DNA of 64,000 bases from Candidatus Micrarchaeota archaeon (GCA_040753215.1 JBFMEZ010000004.1:4015-68014), one strand, 5' to 3'. Shown: positions 9,032-19,651, counted from the first letter of the stretch. Translations and numbers: made by a program. The notes: a model not told the origin generated them from the sequence alone.

Positions 9032-10405
9032 ATGTCCAAAATAGTAGTCATCGGCGGAGGCCCTGCAGGGATGTTCGCCGCTTACGAGCTATCGAAAAAC
9101 GGACAGGAAGTCACTCTCGTAGAAGCCGGCCTAGATGTTGAAGAAAGGAAAAAGGCAATCTCAAAGGAGGATTCCGCAGGCCCCCACTACATCGCCGGAA
9201 TGGGCGGCTCAGGCACTTTCTCGGATGGAAAGCTCAACCTCCACCCGCTCATAGGCGGGGACCTCATGGAATTCGTCCCCCGCTCAGAAGCAGAATCCCT
9301 AATCTCATACGTGGATAAGATATTCACCGACCATGGAGCGCCCAAAAAGGCGGAAATAAGCCCGGAAGCACGGAATCTGGAAATCCGCGCAATGAAGGAA
9401 GGACTCAAATACATCCCAATCAGGCAGAAGCACATAGGCAGCGACGAGCTCCCCAAGGTGGTCAGCTCCATAAACAAGGAGATGGAATCCTTCGGTTTGG
9501 AAGTCCTAATCAAAACTGCGGCCAGCGACATAATACTCAAGAATGGAAAAGTCGCCGGGGTAAAAATAAGGAAAGGGGAAAAGGCATCCATCCTTCCCGC
9601 AGATTATGTAATCGTCGCTCCGGGGCGCGCGGGCTCCCAGTGGCTCCTCGACCTCGCAAAGGAGAAAGGAATTAGCTTCCGCTACGGGCCATTGGATATA
9701 GGAGTCCGTGTAGAAGTCCCCAACGAAGTGATGGACGATTTCACAAAGATAAGCTGGGACCCCAAATTCCACATCCGCACCTCCAAATATGATGATTTTG
9801 TTCGCACTTTTTGTTGTAATCCAAGTGGATTCGTAATCACCGAAAATTATGGAAAATTCGTCTCCGTAAACGGCCACGCTATGAAGCACAAAACATCCCA
9901 CAACACCAATTTCGCCTTCCTTGTGCGCATGATGCTCACCCAGCCAGTTGAAAATACCACCCAGTATGGAAGGTCCATCTGCATGCTCGCAACAACAATC
10001 GGAGGGGGAAAAGCAATTCTCCAGCGCTTGGGTGATTTGAAAGCCGGCCACCGCTCCACCTGGGAGAGGATAGAGAAATCCTACGTTGAGCCCACCAACA
10101 AGGATGTCACCCCTGGGGATATCGCGATGGCGATGCCCGCCCGCATCGTAGAAGACCTGGTTGGCGGCCTGGACATGCTCGCAAAGGTGATTCCCGGAGT
10201 GAATGACCAATCCACCCTTCTCTACGCCCCTGAAGTGAAGTTCAAGTCCATCCGCCTGGACATCACGAAGAAACTGGAAACAAAGGAAGTGAAGAACCTC
10301 TTCACCGCGGGAGACGGCGCAGGAGTTTCCGGAGGAATAATCCCCGCCGCCGCAACAGGGCTGATAGCCGCAAAGGAAATACTCAAAAGGTGCAAGCATG
10401 CCTGA
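9032..10405 (+). CDS. FAD-dependent oxidoreductase (COG2509-like)
   Basis: GGGPAG Rossmann motif, GGSGTFSDGKL, GVRVE, RTFCCNP, APEVK and AGDGAG. Confidence 0.88.
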   Translation: MSKIVVIGGGPAGMFAAYELSKNGQEVTLVEAGLDVEERKKAISKEDSAGPHYIAGMGGSGTFSDGKLNLHPLIGGDLMEFVPRSEAESLISYVDKIFTDHGAPKKAEISPEARNLEIRAMKEGLKYIPIRQKHIGSDELPKVVSSINKEMESFGLEVLIKTAASDIILKNGKVAGVKIRKGEKASILPADYVIVAPGRAGSQWLLDLAKEKGISFRYGPLDIGVRVEVPNEVMDDFTKISWDPKFHIRTSKYDDFVRTFCCNPSGFVITENYGKFVSVNGHAMKHKTSHNTNFAFLVRMMLTQPVENTTQYGRSICMLATTIGGGKAILQRLGDLKAGHRSTWERIEKSYVEPTNKDVTPGDIAMAMPARIVEDLVGGLDMLAKVIPGVNDQSTLLYAPEVKFKSIRLDITKKLETKEVKNLFTAGDGAGVSGGIIPAAATGLIAAKEILKRCKHA

Positions 10406-11186
10406 AGAACTTAAACTGGAGGTTTCTCTCCCGGAACTTAAGGAAGGAATCGCATTCGACCTCTCCTCTGCTTCGGAAAAAGATGTAGCATATGCAGCCG
10501 CCTACTGCTCGGAGAGAATAGATGCACTCACCTTCGCATACAGCGGCATAAACACCTCCATTCTGGATGGGGAACTCTCAAAATACGCAGGGAAAGGCCC
10601 AAAAGAAGCGGGGACTGCCCTCCTCGCCGCCAAATCCCTCCGCGAGGCCTTCAAGGACGCATCAAACGACAAGAACACCTTTATCCCGGTCGCAGAATCC
10701 TATTTCTTCTCAAAATTCCCCGCGAGGTTCGGCTTCAGCCCAAAGCTGACTCCGGGGATGGCCCAATCCTCCATAAAGCCCAAATCCTTCGCCCCCGGCA
10801 CAAGGATTTCCCTCGTCTCCAAATGCAGGGAATGGGTCGCAATAAAGAAGCTGTTCATCGAGCCGGGGGTGGAGAAATGGGAGATAGCAGGAATCCTCGC
10901 GGGAATAAACGAAACTTTGGTAAAGAAGGCATTCGATTTCGCGGGCTTGGATAAGGCGAAGCTGGATGCAAAGGCCGCAGAGCTCACAAGAGGGAAGAGA
11001 AAATCCTACGCTGCAATTGGCGAAGCAATCCAGGGAATAGAAGGCTCGCCCGCAGAAATAGCATACCTCTACAATGCCATCCTCTCCGTATTCGAAATCC
11101 TTCCCTACGCAAACCGCCCGATGCTCTCCAAGGAATACCCGGAAATAAAAGGCCCTTCTATGCGCGGAAGGAAGCCTAAGGGATAA
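10398..11186 (+). CDS. Archaeal hypothetical protein, possibly DUF2666-like
   Basis: Translationally coupled to the oxidoreductase. Basic C-terminus (RGRKPKG) and a WVAIKKL...ILAGINET segment recall DUF2666; family call is tentative. Confidence 0.55.
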   Translation: MPEELKLEVSLPELKEGIAFDLSSASEKDVAYAAAYCSERIDALTFAYSGINTSILDGELSKYAGKGPKEAGTALLAAKSLREAFKDASNDKNTFIPVAESYFFSKFPARFGFSPKLTPGMAQSSIKPKSFAPGTRISLVSKCREWVAIKKLFIEPGVEKWEIAGILAGINETLVKKAFDFAGLDKAKLDAKAAELTRGKRKSYAAIGEAIQGIEGSPAEIAYLYNAILSVFEILPYANRPMLSKEYPEIKGPSMRGRKPKG

Positions 11187-11189
11187 TAC

Positions 11190-11897
11190 TTATGTGGCAG
11201 AGGCATCACGGCATGCCCTGAGACCTTCCAGATATATGCCGGCTTCCTGCGCCTTTCCATCGACAAATACAAATACTGCGCCCTTTCCCGCGTTCTTGGC
11301 CGCCATTTCTGCGCTATTTGCCCTGTCTATCAGCTCCTGCAGGTCTTCCGTCCCATCCAGTGCGGCCACCCCGATGCTTATGCTGATATGCAGGGCCTTC
11401 CCATCCTGGGACATTACTTCCGCTGCCTCTATTCTCCTCCTGATGCGTTCCGCCACGGTGCATGCATTCACCAGCGACTGGCTTTCCGGGAGCAGCACCA
11501 CGAACTCGTCTCCCCCAATCCTGCAAACAGAATCATACCCGCGCAGGCACCCTCTCACGGCTTCTACAAGCCCGCGCAGGACGTTGTCTCCTGTGTGCTC
11601 GCCGTATCTCTTGTTGAATGCCCCGAAATCGTCAACATCCACAAATATGATGCAGAAGATCTTGCGGGACCTCCTCTGCCTTGACAGCTCCTCCCCGAAC
11701 TTGTACTCCAGCCCCCTGCGGTTGAAAGCTCCGGTCACGGAGTCCCTCATCGCCGCATCCTCTGCCTTCTTCCTGAGAGCAGTCTCCCTCAGCAGCCTAT
11801 CTCCGTACTTTGTCAGCTTTTTCGTTAAGTCGTCCAGTTTAGCCCTGAGCTGGCGTACCGGTTCGCATCCGTCTCCGGTACAAATCTGCATCGCCAT
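11190..11897 (-). CDS. GGDEF-domain diguanylate cyclase-like protein with N-terminal coiled coil
   Basis: DSVTGAFNRR, DVDDF...N..YG...GDNVL, I-site RGYD, RIGGDEF, SISIGVA and AKNAGK. Confidence 0.93.
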   Translation of the reverse strand: MAMQICTGDGCEPVRQLRAKLDDLTKKLTKYGDRLLRETALRKKAEDAAMRDSVTGAFNRRGLEYKFGEELSRQRRSRKIFCIIFVDVDDFGAFNKRYGEHTGDNVLRGLVEAVRGCLRGYDSVCRIGGDEFVVLLPESQSLVNACTVAERIRRRIEAAEVMSQDGKALHISISIGVAALDGTEDLQELIDRANSAEMAAKNAGKGAVFVFVDGKAQEAGIYLEGLRACRDASAT

Positions 11898-11943
11898 GTT
11901 TATAATTCTGGATAAGTGTGTTTAAAAATCTGCCGTGCAAAAA

Positions 11944-13131
11944 TCATATTATCCCTAATTCTTTACCGACTTTCTCTATTTTCCCGAGCGCAAAGTCCAA
12001 ATCCTCCCTCTTATGCGCTGCATTTATCATCATCCTTATCCTCGCCTTGTCCCGCGCAACCATCGGGAACACAATGGGCAAGGCAAACACCCCTTCCTCA
12101 AACAGCCTCCTGCTCATCTGCTGCGCCTTCCCCGAATCATAGGTCATTAGTGGCGTGATCGGCGTCTCGCCCTCCCCTATATCAAATCCTGTCTTCTTTA
12201 CTCTTTTCTTGAAATATTTCGTATTTCTCCAGAGCTTCCTGACTAATCTATCATCCTTCTCCAATAATTCCAGGGAAGCCAGGCAGGCCGCCGCAACCGC
12301 GGGCGGATGCGAACCGGTAAGCAGCCACGTCCTCGACTTATTCAGGAGGAATTTCTTCGAAACCGCGGAGCACGCAATCAGCCCTCCCATCACTCCAAAA
12401 GCTTTAGAAAAAGTCCCCATCTCAAAATCAACGCGCCCTTCCAGCTTAAAGTGATTCACAATTCCCCTTCCGTGCTCCCCCAGCACCCCGTCCCCGTGCG
12501 CATCATCCACATAGGTAACCGCATCATACTGCTCCGCCAATTCCACTATTTTCGGAAGGGGCGCAATATCCCCATCCATGGAAAAGACTCCATCCGTAAT
12601 TATCACTATTCTCCCGGGATTCTTCATCTTCGCCTCCTTCAATCCGGCTTCCAGCCCCCCCATGTCCTTGTGCTTGTAAATCATCTTCTCCGCTTTCCCC
12701 AGCCTCACCCCGTCTATTATGCTCCCGTGGTTCAGCTCGTCCGAAATCACCACATCTCCCTGCCGAAGGAGTGCGGGAATCGCCCCGCTGTTTGCAGTGA
12801 ATCCGGTATTGTAATACAATGCATCCTCACTATGCTTGAATTTCGCAATCGCCTCCTCCAATCTCAGGTGCAAATCCATAGTCCCTGCAATCGGCCTCAC
12901 GCTCCCGCTTCCCGCCCCGTATTTCCTCACCGCTTCAATCGCCGCCTTCTTCAATGCCTTATGGTTGCTAAGCCCCAGATAATTGTTCGAGCAGAGCATC
13001 ACCACCTCCTTCCCATCCACAAGCGCCCTTCCAGCGCTCGGCCCATTCAAGGTCCTCGGGTTCCAGAGAAGGTTCTGTTTCTCCAGCTCTGCAATCTCCA
13101 TCCCCAGCTCATTCTGAAGCTTCGTGTTCAT
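11944..13131 (-). CDS. kbl: Glycine C-acetyltransferase (2-amino-3-ketobutyrate CoA ligase) / BioF family
   Basis: SNNYLGL, SDELNHGSIIDG, DGVFSMDGD, DDAHG and GTFSKA (PLP Lys). Divergent from tdh; start at MNTKLQ. Confidence 0.88.
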   Translation of the reverse strand: MNTKLQNELGMEIAELEKQNLLWNPRTLNGPSAGRALVDGKEVVMLCSNNYLGLSNHKALKKAAIEAVRKYGAGSGSVRPIAGTMDLHLRLEEAIAKFKHSEDALYYNTGFTANSGAIPALLRQGDVVISDELNHGSIIDGVRLGKAEKMIYKHKDMGGLEAGLKEAKMKNPGRIVIITDGVFSMDGDIAPLPKIVELAEQYDAVTYVDDAHGDGVLGEHGRGIVNHFKLEGRVDFEMGTFSKAFGVMGGLIACSAVSKKFLLNKSRTWLLTGSHPPAVAAACLASLELLEKDDRLVRKLWRNTKYFKKRVKKTGFDIGEGETPITPLMTYDSGKAQQMSRRLFEEGVFALPIVFPMVARDKARIRMMINAAHKREDLDFALGKIEKVGKELGII

Positions 13132-13246
13132 GGGGCAGGTTTTCACCCTCTTCTTTTTAATCCTAACCAGCCGCCCTACGTCGCCTGCCGGAAATTTTTG
13201 TGAAACCATTTTAATCCTGCTCCCGCATCTTTCCAAGGGTATGCTT

Positions 13247-14293
13247 ATGAAAGGGAAGATGCGCGCAGTCTGGAAGAGGGAGCCGAAGCCCGGTTTATCC
13301 GTAGGAGAGGCGGAAATCCCAAAAGCAAATGATGATGAAGTCCTCATAAAGGTAAAGGCCACCTCCATTTGCGGAACCGACCGCCACATTTACCACTGGG
13401 ACGACTGGGCGAAGAACAGGATAGGCAACAAGCTTCCATACATATTCGGCCATGAGGTTTCCGGGGAAATAGTAGAAACAGGAAAAGCGGTCAAGGGCTT
13501 GGAGCCCGGAGACCACGTCTCTGCTGAAACCCATATCTCCTGCGGCTACTGCTTCCAGTGCAAAACCGGCCAGGAGCACATCTGCCAGAATGTAAAGATT
13601 CTAGGAGTGGATACGAACGGGACTTTTGCGGAATATTTTGCCCTTCCCTGCCGGAACGCGTGGAAAAATGACAAGAGAATCCCCCACTGGGTCGCAACAG
13701 CCCAGGAGCCCCTCGGCAACGCGGTCCATACAGTTTTCGCAGGCGAGGTCGCGGGCAAAACCGTATTCATCTCCGGGATGGGCCCCATAGGCGTGTGCGC
13801 GGTCGCCCTCTGCAAGGCGGCAGGCGCAGACCTGGTAATCGCTTCAGGCACAAACGAATTCAGGCAGAAGTTCGCGAAGGATTTCGGCGCAGATATCGTC
13901 CTCAACCCCAAGGAGCAGGACGTCCGCAAGGAAGTGATGGCCGCAACCAACGGAGAAGGGGCGGATGTATTTTTGGAAATGGCCGGCGCGCCCCAGTCCC
14001 TCATTGATGGATTGGCAGTAACCAAGGCAGGAGGCCGCGTCTCCGTCCTCGGTGTCTTCCCCAAGCCCTTCGAAGTGGATTTTTCCAAGGATGTCGTCTT
14101 CCGCGGCATAACCATGCACGGGATAAACGGAAGGAGGATGTTCGACACATGGTACAAATCCGCATCTTTCCTCCGCACAGGCGCAGTGAAACTGGAAAAA
14201 TTGGTCACCCACCGCTTCAAATTAGACGAAATAGAGAAAGGGTTCGAAGCCCTCGACCACAAGGAAGCGATGAAAATAGTGCTTGAGCCCTAG
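13247..14293 (+). CDS. tdh: L-threonine 3-dehydrogenase
   Basis: ICGTDRHIY.WD.WA, GHE, VSAETH, Zn Cys cluster, EPLGNAVHT and GINGRRMFDTW. Confidence 0.94.
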   Translation: MKGKMRAVWKREPKPGLSVGEAEIPKANDDEVLIKVKATSICGTDRHIYHWDDWAKNRIGNKLPYIFGHEVSGEIVETGKAVKGLEPGDHVSAETHISCGYCFQCKTGQEHICQNVKILGVDTNGTFAEYFALPCRNAWKNDKRIPHWVATAQEPLGNAVHTVFAGEVAGKTVFISGMGPIGVCAVALCKAAGADLVIASGTNEFRQKFAKDFGADIVLNPKEQDVRKEVMAATNGEGADVFLEMAGAPQSLIDGLAVTKAGGRVSVLGVFPKPFEVDFSKDVVFRGITMHGINGRRMFDTWYKSASFLRTGAVKLEKLVTHRFKLDEIEKGFEALDHKEAMKIVLEP

Positions 14294-14371
14294 ATAACTA
14301 GTCCGCTTCCCGGCGCACGGACAAGCGCCCCCACAAATACCTATTTAACCCTAACCCCACATTCTTCCCGC

Positions 14372-15322
14372 ATGCTTCTGCTTGCAAGGGGAGACAGGTT
14401 CAACGCGAACTTCTTCTACCATTCCGGGGTGGACATAGACAATTCCTTTTTCATTAAGGATGGGGAGGAGCGCACCCTCCTGGTTTCGAGGATGAACAAG
14501 GAATACGCTGAGGAGAAATTCATAGGCGAGGTAATTGCATTCGAAAAAGACCCCCTGAAAGAAATAGAGAAACTCTCCCGCGGAAGGAAAATAGAGACGG
14601 ATTTCCGCGGCATCTCCGCTTATTTCTTCAGCAAAATATGCTCATTCGCAAAGCCCGTGGATGTTTCCGAGCAGCTCGCAAAAGCCCGCGTGAGGAAATC
14701 CGCAGGCGAGCTCCTTTTGATGAGGCAGGCGGCCCGCGCAGGGAAGGCCATAATAGAACTTGGAAAGGATTCTTTCGGAAAGACAGAGCAGCAGCTCTCC
14801 TCGAGGCTCTATTCCGAAACCTACAGGGAAGGCCTCCGCCCCGCGTTCCGCCCCATAGTCGCTTCGGGGAGGAACTCGTCCTTCCCGCATTGCGAGCCGA
14901 CGGATGAAAAGATTTCCGGATTATGCCTGGTGGATTACGGAGTCTCCTCCCGCCGCTACTATTCCGACCTCACCCGCGTATTTTTCGAGAAGAGGGATGC
15001 GAAGAAGGAGAAAATCTACGCCCAGTTAAAGCGCATACTCGCACAGATAGTGGATGAAATCCCAAACCTTTCCGTGGGCTCTGACATCGCCCACTTGGCG
15101 GAAAAGCTATACAGGAAGGAGCGCCTCCCCTTCCCGCCACACTCCATCGGGCATGGCATTGGCCTGGAGGTGCACGAGCTGCCTTCCCTCTCCAAAAAGT
15201 CCAAGGACCCGCTGGAAGGCGCAACTTTCACTCTGGAGCCTTCCGTATATTATTCCGGGGAATTCGGCCTCCGCTACGAGGAAGTGATCCACTATAACGG
15301 CAAAAAGGCACAGGTACTCTGA
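14372..15322 (+). CDS. M24 family Xaa-Pro peptidase
   Basis: PH, VDYG, YSDLTR, HSIGHGIGLEVHE, EPSVY and GLRYEE. Confidence 0.92.
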   Translation: MLLLARGDRFNANFFYHSGVDIDNSFFIKDGEERTLLVSRMNKEYAEEKFIGEVIAFEKDPLKEIEKLSRGRKIETDFRGISAYFFSKICSFAKPVDVSEQLAKARVRKSAGELLLMRQAARAGKAIIELGKDSFGKTEQQLSSRLYSETYREGLRPAFRPIVASGRNSSFPHCEPTDEKISGLCLVDYGVSSRRYYSDLTRVFFEKRDAKKEKIYAQLKRILAQIVDEIPNLSVGSDIAHLAEKLYRKERLPFPPHSIGHGIGLEVHELPSLSKKSKDPLEGATFTLEPSVYYSGEFGLRYEEVIHYNGKKAQVL

Positions 15323-15331
15323 GATGTTCGC

Positions 15332-16189
15332 ATGAAGAAACCAATCGCACTATTCCTCTTCTCGCTTCTCCTCTTCGCAGGCTGCGCAAAGAGGAGCACC
15401 GAATCCTATTCCATAAATTCCATCTCCCTTGAGGGCACAAGGCATATGCTCGGCCAGAGCTATGAAATCTATATCTCCCTCTCCCCAAACGCAGCCAACT
15501 CCTCGCTCGAGCTCGGCTTGTTCGACAACACCGATGCGGGCGAAGAGTACGCATCCATCATCCTGAACGATTCCAATCCCCTCACAGATGGAAAGGCAAA
15601 AATCGAATGGGATGTGCATGAAGATGGCCCGCACACCCTCGCCGCAAAGCTTTTCCGCAACGGAACCGAAGCCGCATCCCGCTCCATCTCCATCACCGCC
15701 TACCCTCTCGGATTGAGGGAAGAGGATTTCCCTGAAGTGGAATTCTGGCACGACCCAGTGGAAAGGCAGATATGGCAGGCGCAGGCATTTGACCTCCAGG
15801 CCTCAATCCGGCTAAGGAAAGCCGGCTTTTACCTCAAATACTACACCCCTCCGCCTGAAAACTCAACAATAACCGTGGAATTGCGGAAGGATTCGGGTTC
15901 CCTTCCCTCAGGCGAACTCATAGCCGATGCATCCATTCCCGCCTCTTCCCTGGACACGGAATTCGAATGGCATTTCGTCTCCTTTCCCTCCCTTCAACTG
16001 GAGCCCGGAAGATACTGGCTCATTCTAAAAAGGCCAGAATCCGAAGGGACCGTAGTATGGAGAAGGGGCCCCGGCAACCTCATCGGCTCAACCGATGATA
16101 CGATGGTTTCTGACCGCACGCAGGGCGCAAGCGGGGCGTGGGAGGGAAAGGATGTGGATTTTGTCTTCCAGATTTCTTCGCAGGATTAG
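15332..16189 (+). CDS. Hypothetical lipoprotein-like surface protein
   Basis: Signal peptide ending LFAGC; beta-sandwich-like C-terminal part (AQAF, LEPGRYWLIL). Confidence 0.72.
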   Translation: MKKPIALFLFSLLLFAGCAKRSTESYSINSISLEGTRHMLGQSYEIYISLSPNAANSSLELGLFDNTDAGEEYASIILNDSNPLTDGKAKIEWDVHEDGPHTLAAKLFRNGTEAASRSISITAYPLGLREEDFPEVEFWHDPVERQIWQAQAFDLQASIRLRKAGFYLKYYTPPPENSTITVELRKDSGSLPSGELIADASIPASSLDTEFEWHFVSFPSLQLEPGRYWLILKRPESEGTVVWRRGPGNLIGSTDDTMVSDRTQGASGAWEGKDVDFVFQISSQD

Positions 16190-16758
16190 ATGCACGAAAG
16201 GAAATTCTCCAGAATCTTCTCTCCATTCTCCGTATGCCACACTTCCGGATGGAACTGCGTCCCAAAAATCCTCTTCTCCTTATGCCTCATCGCCTCAACC
16301 TTACAAGTAGAGGAGTGCGCAAGCGCCTCAAATCCCTGAGGCATCTTCTTTACCTCATCAAAATGCGAAACCCAAACCTGGAATTCAGGAGGAACCCCCC
16401 TGAAAAGCAAGTCCTCCTTATCCACCGTAATCCTTCCCAGCCCATATTCCGCGGAGCTTCCCTTCGCCACCTGCCCGCCCAGCTCGTGCGCAATCAACTG
16501 GTGCCCGTAGCAGATTCCCAGAAGCGGAACATCCCACCCACCCGCAACCTTCTTCACGACCTGCGCAGAAACTCCATTATCTCCAGTATAAACCGAGGAA
16601 GGCCCCCCACTTAGAATAATCGCCTCCGGCTTCCGGCTCTCCACCTCCGCAATCAATGCGGTCTTATTATTGAGAATCTCGCCTTCCCACCCCAAATCCC
16701 TCATATTCCTCTTTATGAGGTGCGTATACTGGGAACCGTTGTCCAGTATCAGAATCAT
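16186..16758 (-). CDS. guaAA: GMP synthase glutamine amidotransferase subunit A
   Basis: SQYTHLI, ILSGGP, LGICYGHQ, SHFDEV and QFHPEV. Confidence 0.93.
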   Translation of the reverse strand: MILILDNGSQYTHLIKRNMRDLGWEGEILNNKTALIAEVESRKPEAIILSGGPSSVYTGDNGVSAQVVKKVAGGWDVPLLGICYGHQLIAHELGGQVAKGSSAEYGLGRITVDKEDLLFRGVPPEFQVWVSHFDEVKKMPQGFEALAHSSTCKVEAMRHKEKRIFGTQFHPEVWHTENGEKILENFLSCI

Positions 16759-16837
16759 GACTACACAACCCGTTTTCCCTTTAAATCCTTATGGCTAACG
16801 CTAAAAAGAAAAGAAAACAAAGAGGGTAAAATAACCC

Positions 16838-19027
16838 TCAATCAAGGAACTCTTGGGGAGTTGGCGGCTCCGGCTTGTCGCCCTTCCTCTTCCTCACTTC
16901 GCTCACAATCTTGTTCAGGAGCTCCTTCGGCAGTTTCTCATACCCGTAGTATTCCTGGTACCAGATTGCGCGGCCCTGCGTAACCCCACGCAAGGCATTT
17001 GAGAACCCGAACATCTCGGAAACAGGCAAAACGGTATTAATCGTAACCGTTTCCCCTTCCTGCTCCATGTTCAGCAGCTGCCCTCTCCTCCCATTGGTCA
17101 TGTTGATTACGTCCCCGCCATATTCCTGCGGGCACTGTATCAGCACCTTCTGCTTCGGCTCAAGCAAAGTAACTCCGGCCACAAGCATCGCCGCATAAAT
17201 CGGTCTTTTAACCGCCGGAATAATCTGCGCAGGCCCGCGGTGCACATTGTCCTCGTGCAGTGTCGCATCCTCCAACACCACCTTCACACCGCTCACCTTC
17301 TCTTTAGCGAGAGGGCCCTTGTCCATTGCCTCCTCAAATGCTTCCAGGGCAAGCTCCTGCACCTCGTTGAGGTACTGCACACCCTTGGTCACATCGATGA
17401 ACATGTTCCTCTTGTAGATGTCCCAAATGCCTTTTGCCTCGTCCCTCTCCATCCCAAGGTCCACGAGCTTCTGCACGTGCTCCTTCCCCTTCGGCCTTCC
17501 TTCCGGGATGGCCCCATCTATAATCGCCTGCACAATCTTCTCGTCCAGCGGCTCCACCCTCAGCTTGAACTTGTTGTGCTTGTTCGGGGATTTCCCTTCC
17601 ACCACAGGAGAGCTTCCAATTATGTTCTCCCTGTAAACCACAATCGGAGGAGAGGTCTCTATCTCCACCTTCTTCTCGTTCCTTATCTTGTACTCTATTA
17701 TCTCAAGGTGCAGCTCCCCCATCCCAGAGATGAGGTGCTCCCCTGTCTCCTGGTTAAGCTCAACCCTCAGCGTCGGGTCCTCCTTGGACAACCCACGCAG
17801 GACCTCCACCAGCTTCGCAAGGTTCTTGCTCTCCTTCGCCTCTATGGATTTCGTGACCACGGGCTCGGAGTAGTGCTTTATCTGCTCGAACGGCTCCACT
17901 TCCCTGCCGCTTATTGTCTCCCCTATATACACGTCCTTGAGCCCTATAATCGCCCCGATGTTCCCGGCATCCACCTTCTCCGCCTGCACCCTGTCCGGGC
18001 CCATGTATACGCCAACCTGCTGCACCTTGTAGAAGTTCTTCTTGGACGCCACATAGAGCATGTCCCCTTTCTTCACTTCCCCGGAGAAGAGCCTGATCAC
18101 CCCGACTTCCCCCGCATGCTCGTCGTATACGATCCCGAAGCACACGCCCACAGCAGTCCCCCCGGAGTTGCAGAGGATCATGTCCTTCCCTTCGGCGGAA
18201 TTTGGGTCCCCCTTCCACAGCACGGGTATCCTGTATTTCTGCGCAACAACCGGGTTCGGCAGGTGCCTGATGACCATCCCCAGCAATACCTCGTCCAGCG
18301 GGGATTTCGCCACAAGCGACGCGTGGTTCCCGCTCCTGCACGTCTCGTAAATGTCCCTGAACCCGATGTTGTTCTTCTTCATCGAATCGTAGGAGACCGC
18401 CCATTTGTTGAATGCGCTCCCGAACGCAACGTTCCCCTTCTCGACCGCAACGAGCCATTCCTTCCTGAATTCCGGGGGCGCGTTCCCCTCAATAATCTTG
18501 TTCACCCCTATTATGACCTTTATGAGCCTCTGCTGCATCTGCTCCTGGTTGAGCTGCAGCTCGTTTATCAGCCGGTCAATCTTGTTGATGAAAACGACCG
18601 GCCTCACCCTCTCCTTCAGCGCCTGCCTCAGCACGGTCTCGGTCTGGGGCATCACGCCCTCCACCGAATCCACCACGAGCACGCAGCCGTCCACCGCCCT
18701 CAGCGCCCTCGTAACGTGCCCGCCGAAATCCACGTGCCCCGGCGTGTCTATCAGGTTGATTAGGTACGGCTTCCCCTCGTACTCGAATCCCAGGGAGATG
18801 TTCGCCGCCTTGATTGTGATGCCCCTCGCCTGCTCCTGCACGTCGAAGTCCATTATCCTCTGCTCGCCGGCCAGCTCCTTTGAGATGAGCCCGGCCCTCG
18901 CCACAAGGGAATCCGTGAGCGTCGTCTTCCCGTGGTCCACGTGCGCGACAATCGCGATGTTCCTTACCTGCTCCTTCCCGCTCATCAGCTTCTGCACTTC
19001 TTCGACTACGATTTCCTTTCTTCCCAT
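16838..19027 (-). CDS. fusA: Translation elongation factor aEF-2
   Basis: AHVDHGKTT, RGITI, DTPGHVDF, NKID and the diphthamide loop HEDNVHRG. Start ATG follows a GGTGA Shine-Dalgarno site. Confidence 0.98.
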   Translation of the reverse strand: MGRKEIVVEEVQKLMSGKEQVRNIAIVAHVDHGKTTLTDSLVARAGLISKELAGEQRIMDFDVQEQARGITIKAANISLGFEYEGKPYLINLIDTPGHVDFGGHVTRALRAVDGCVLVVDSVEGVMPQTETVLRQALKERVRPVVFINKIDRLINELQLNQEQMQQRLIKVIIGVNKIIEGNAPPEFRKEWLVAVEKGNVAFGSAFNKWAVSYDSMKKNNIGFRDIYETCRSGNHASLVAKSPLDEVLLGMVIRHLPNPVVAQKYRIPVLWKGDPNSAEGKDMILCNSGGTAVGVCFGIVYDEHAGEVGVIRLFSGEVKKGDMLYVASKKNFYKVQQVGVYMGPDRVQAEKVDAGNIGAIIGLKDVYIGETISGREVEPFEQIKHYSEPVVTKSIEAKESKNLAKLVEVLRGLSKEDPTLRVELNQETGEHLISGMGELHLEIIEYKIRNEKKVEIETSPPIVVYRENIIGSSPVVEGKSPNKHNKFKLRVEPLDEKIVQAIIDGAIPEGRPKGKEHVQKLVDLGMERDEAKGIWDIYKRNMFIDVTKGVQYLNEVQELALEAFEEAMDKGPLAKEKVSGVKVVLEDATLHEDNVHRGPAQIIPAVKRPIYAAMLVAGVTLLEPKQKVLIQCPQEYGGDVINMTNGRRGQLLNMEQEGETVTINTVLPVSEMFGFSNALRGVTQGRAIWYQEYYGYEKLPKELLNKIVSEVRKRKGDKPEPPTPQEFLD

Positions 19028-19046
19028 CAGCTTCACCTAAAAAGGG

Positions 19047-19646
19047 CTACTTTGCGCTCCTTGCCATTCTTTCAAGCTCGTCCCTCTTCTTTATGGAATA
19101 GGAATTCTGCACGTCCCCGTTCGCGGTATAGACGACCTCGTCAGCCAGCGCCTCGGAGAGCGATGTGGGCTTGTTGAAGGCCCTCATCAGCGCTGAGAGC
19201 GTGATGTTCCTGAGCGCGAGGTCCAGCCTGCGCGTCGCGGAAACGTCCACCGCAATCTGGTAGCTTATCCCCCCGTGCGACACCCTGGTCACGTCCTCCC
19301 TCGGGGCAGAGTTCTCCAGCGCCTTCACCAGCACCTGCACCGGGTTCGCCTTCGCCTTCTTCTCCACTATGCCGAAGGCTTCCTCCACGACCTTTATGAT
19401 GCGCATCTTCTTCCCCTGCAGCCTCCCCTTGGTCCTTATCACCTTTCCCGAAGTCTTTTCCCCGGTCCCGCCGCGCATCAGCTTGTTCGCCAGCCTCTCC
19501 ACTATGTTGATTTTGAACTTGCCGTGCTGCCTCTTCTGGTGCCTCCCGAACGTGTGCACGCGCGGGGACCCGAAGTACACGACGGTCCTGAGGCTGGGGT
19601 CCTTTATCTCCACTTCATCCGTCTCGTACTTTCCGAACATTTTCAT
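19047..19646 (-). CDS. rps7: 30S ribosomal protein S7
   Basis: IVERLANKLM, NPVQVLVKALENSAPRED and RDELERMA. Confidence 0.97.
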   Translation of the reverse strand: MKMFGKYETDEVEIKDPSLRTVVYFGSPRVHTFGRHQKRQHGKFKINIVERLANKLMRGGTGEKTSGKVIRTKGRLQGKKMRIIKVVEEAFGIVEKKAKANPVQVLVKALENSAPREDVTRVSHGGISYQIAVDVSATRRLDLALRNITLSALMRAFNKPTSLSEALADEVVYTANGDVQNSYSIKKRDELERMARSAK

Positions 19647-19651
19647 CCGCT

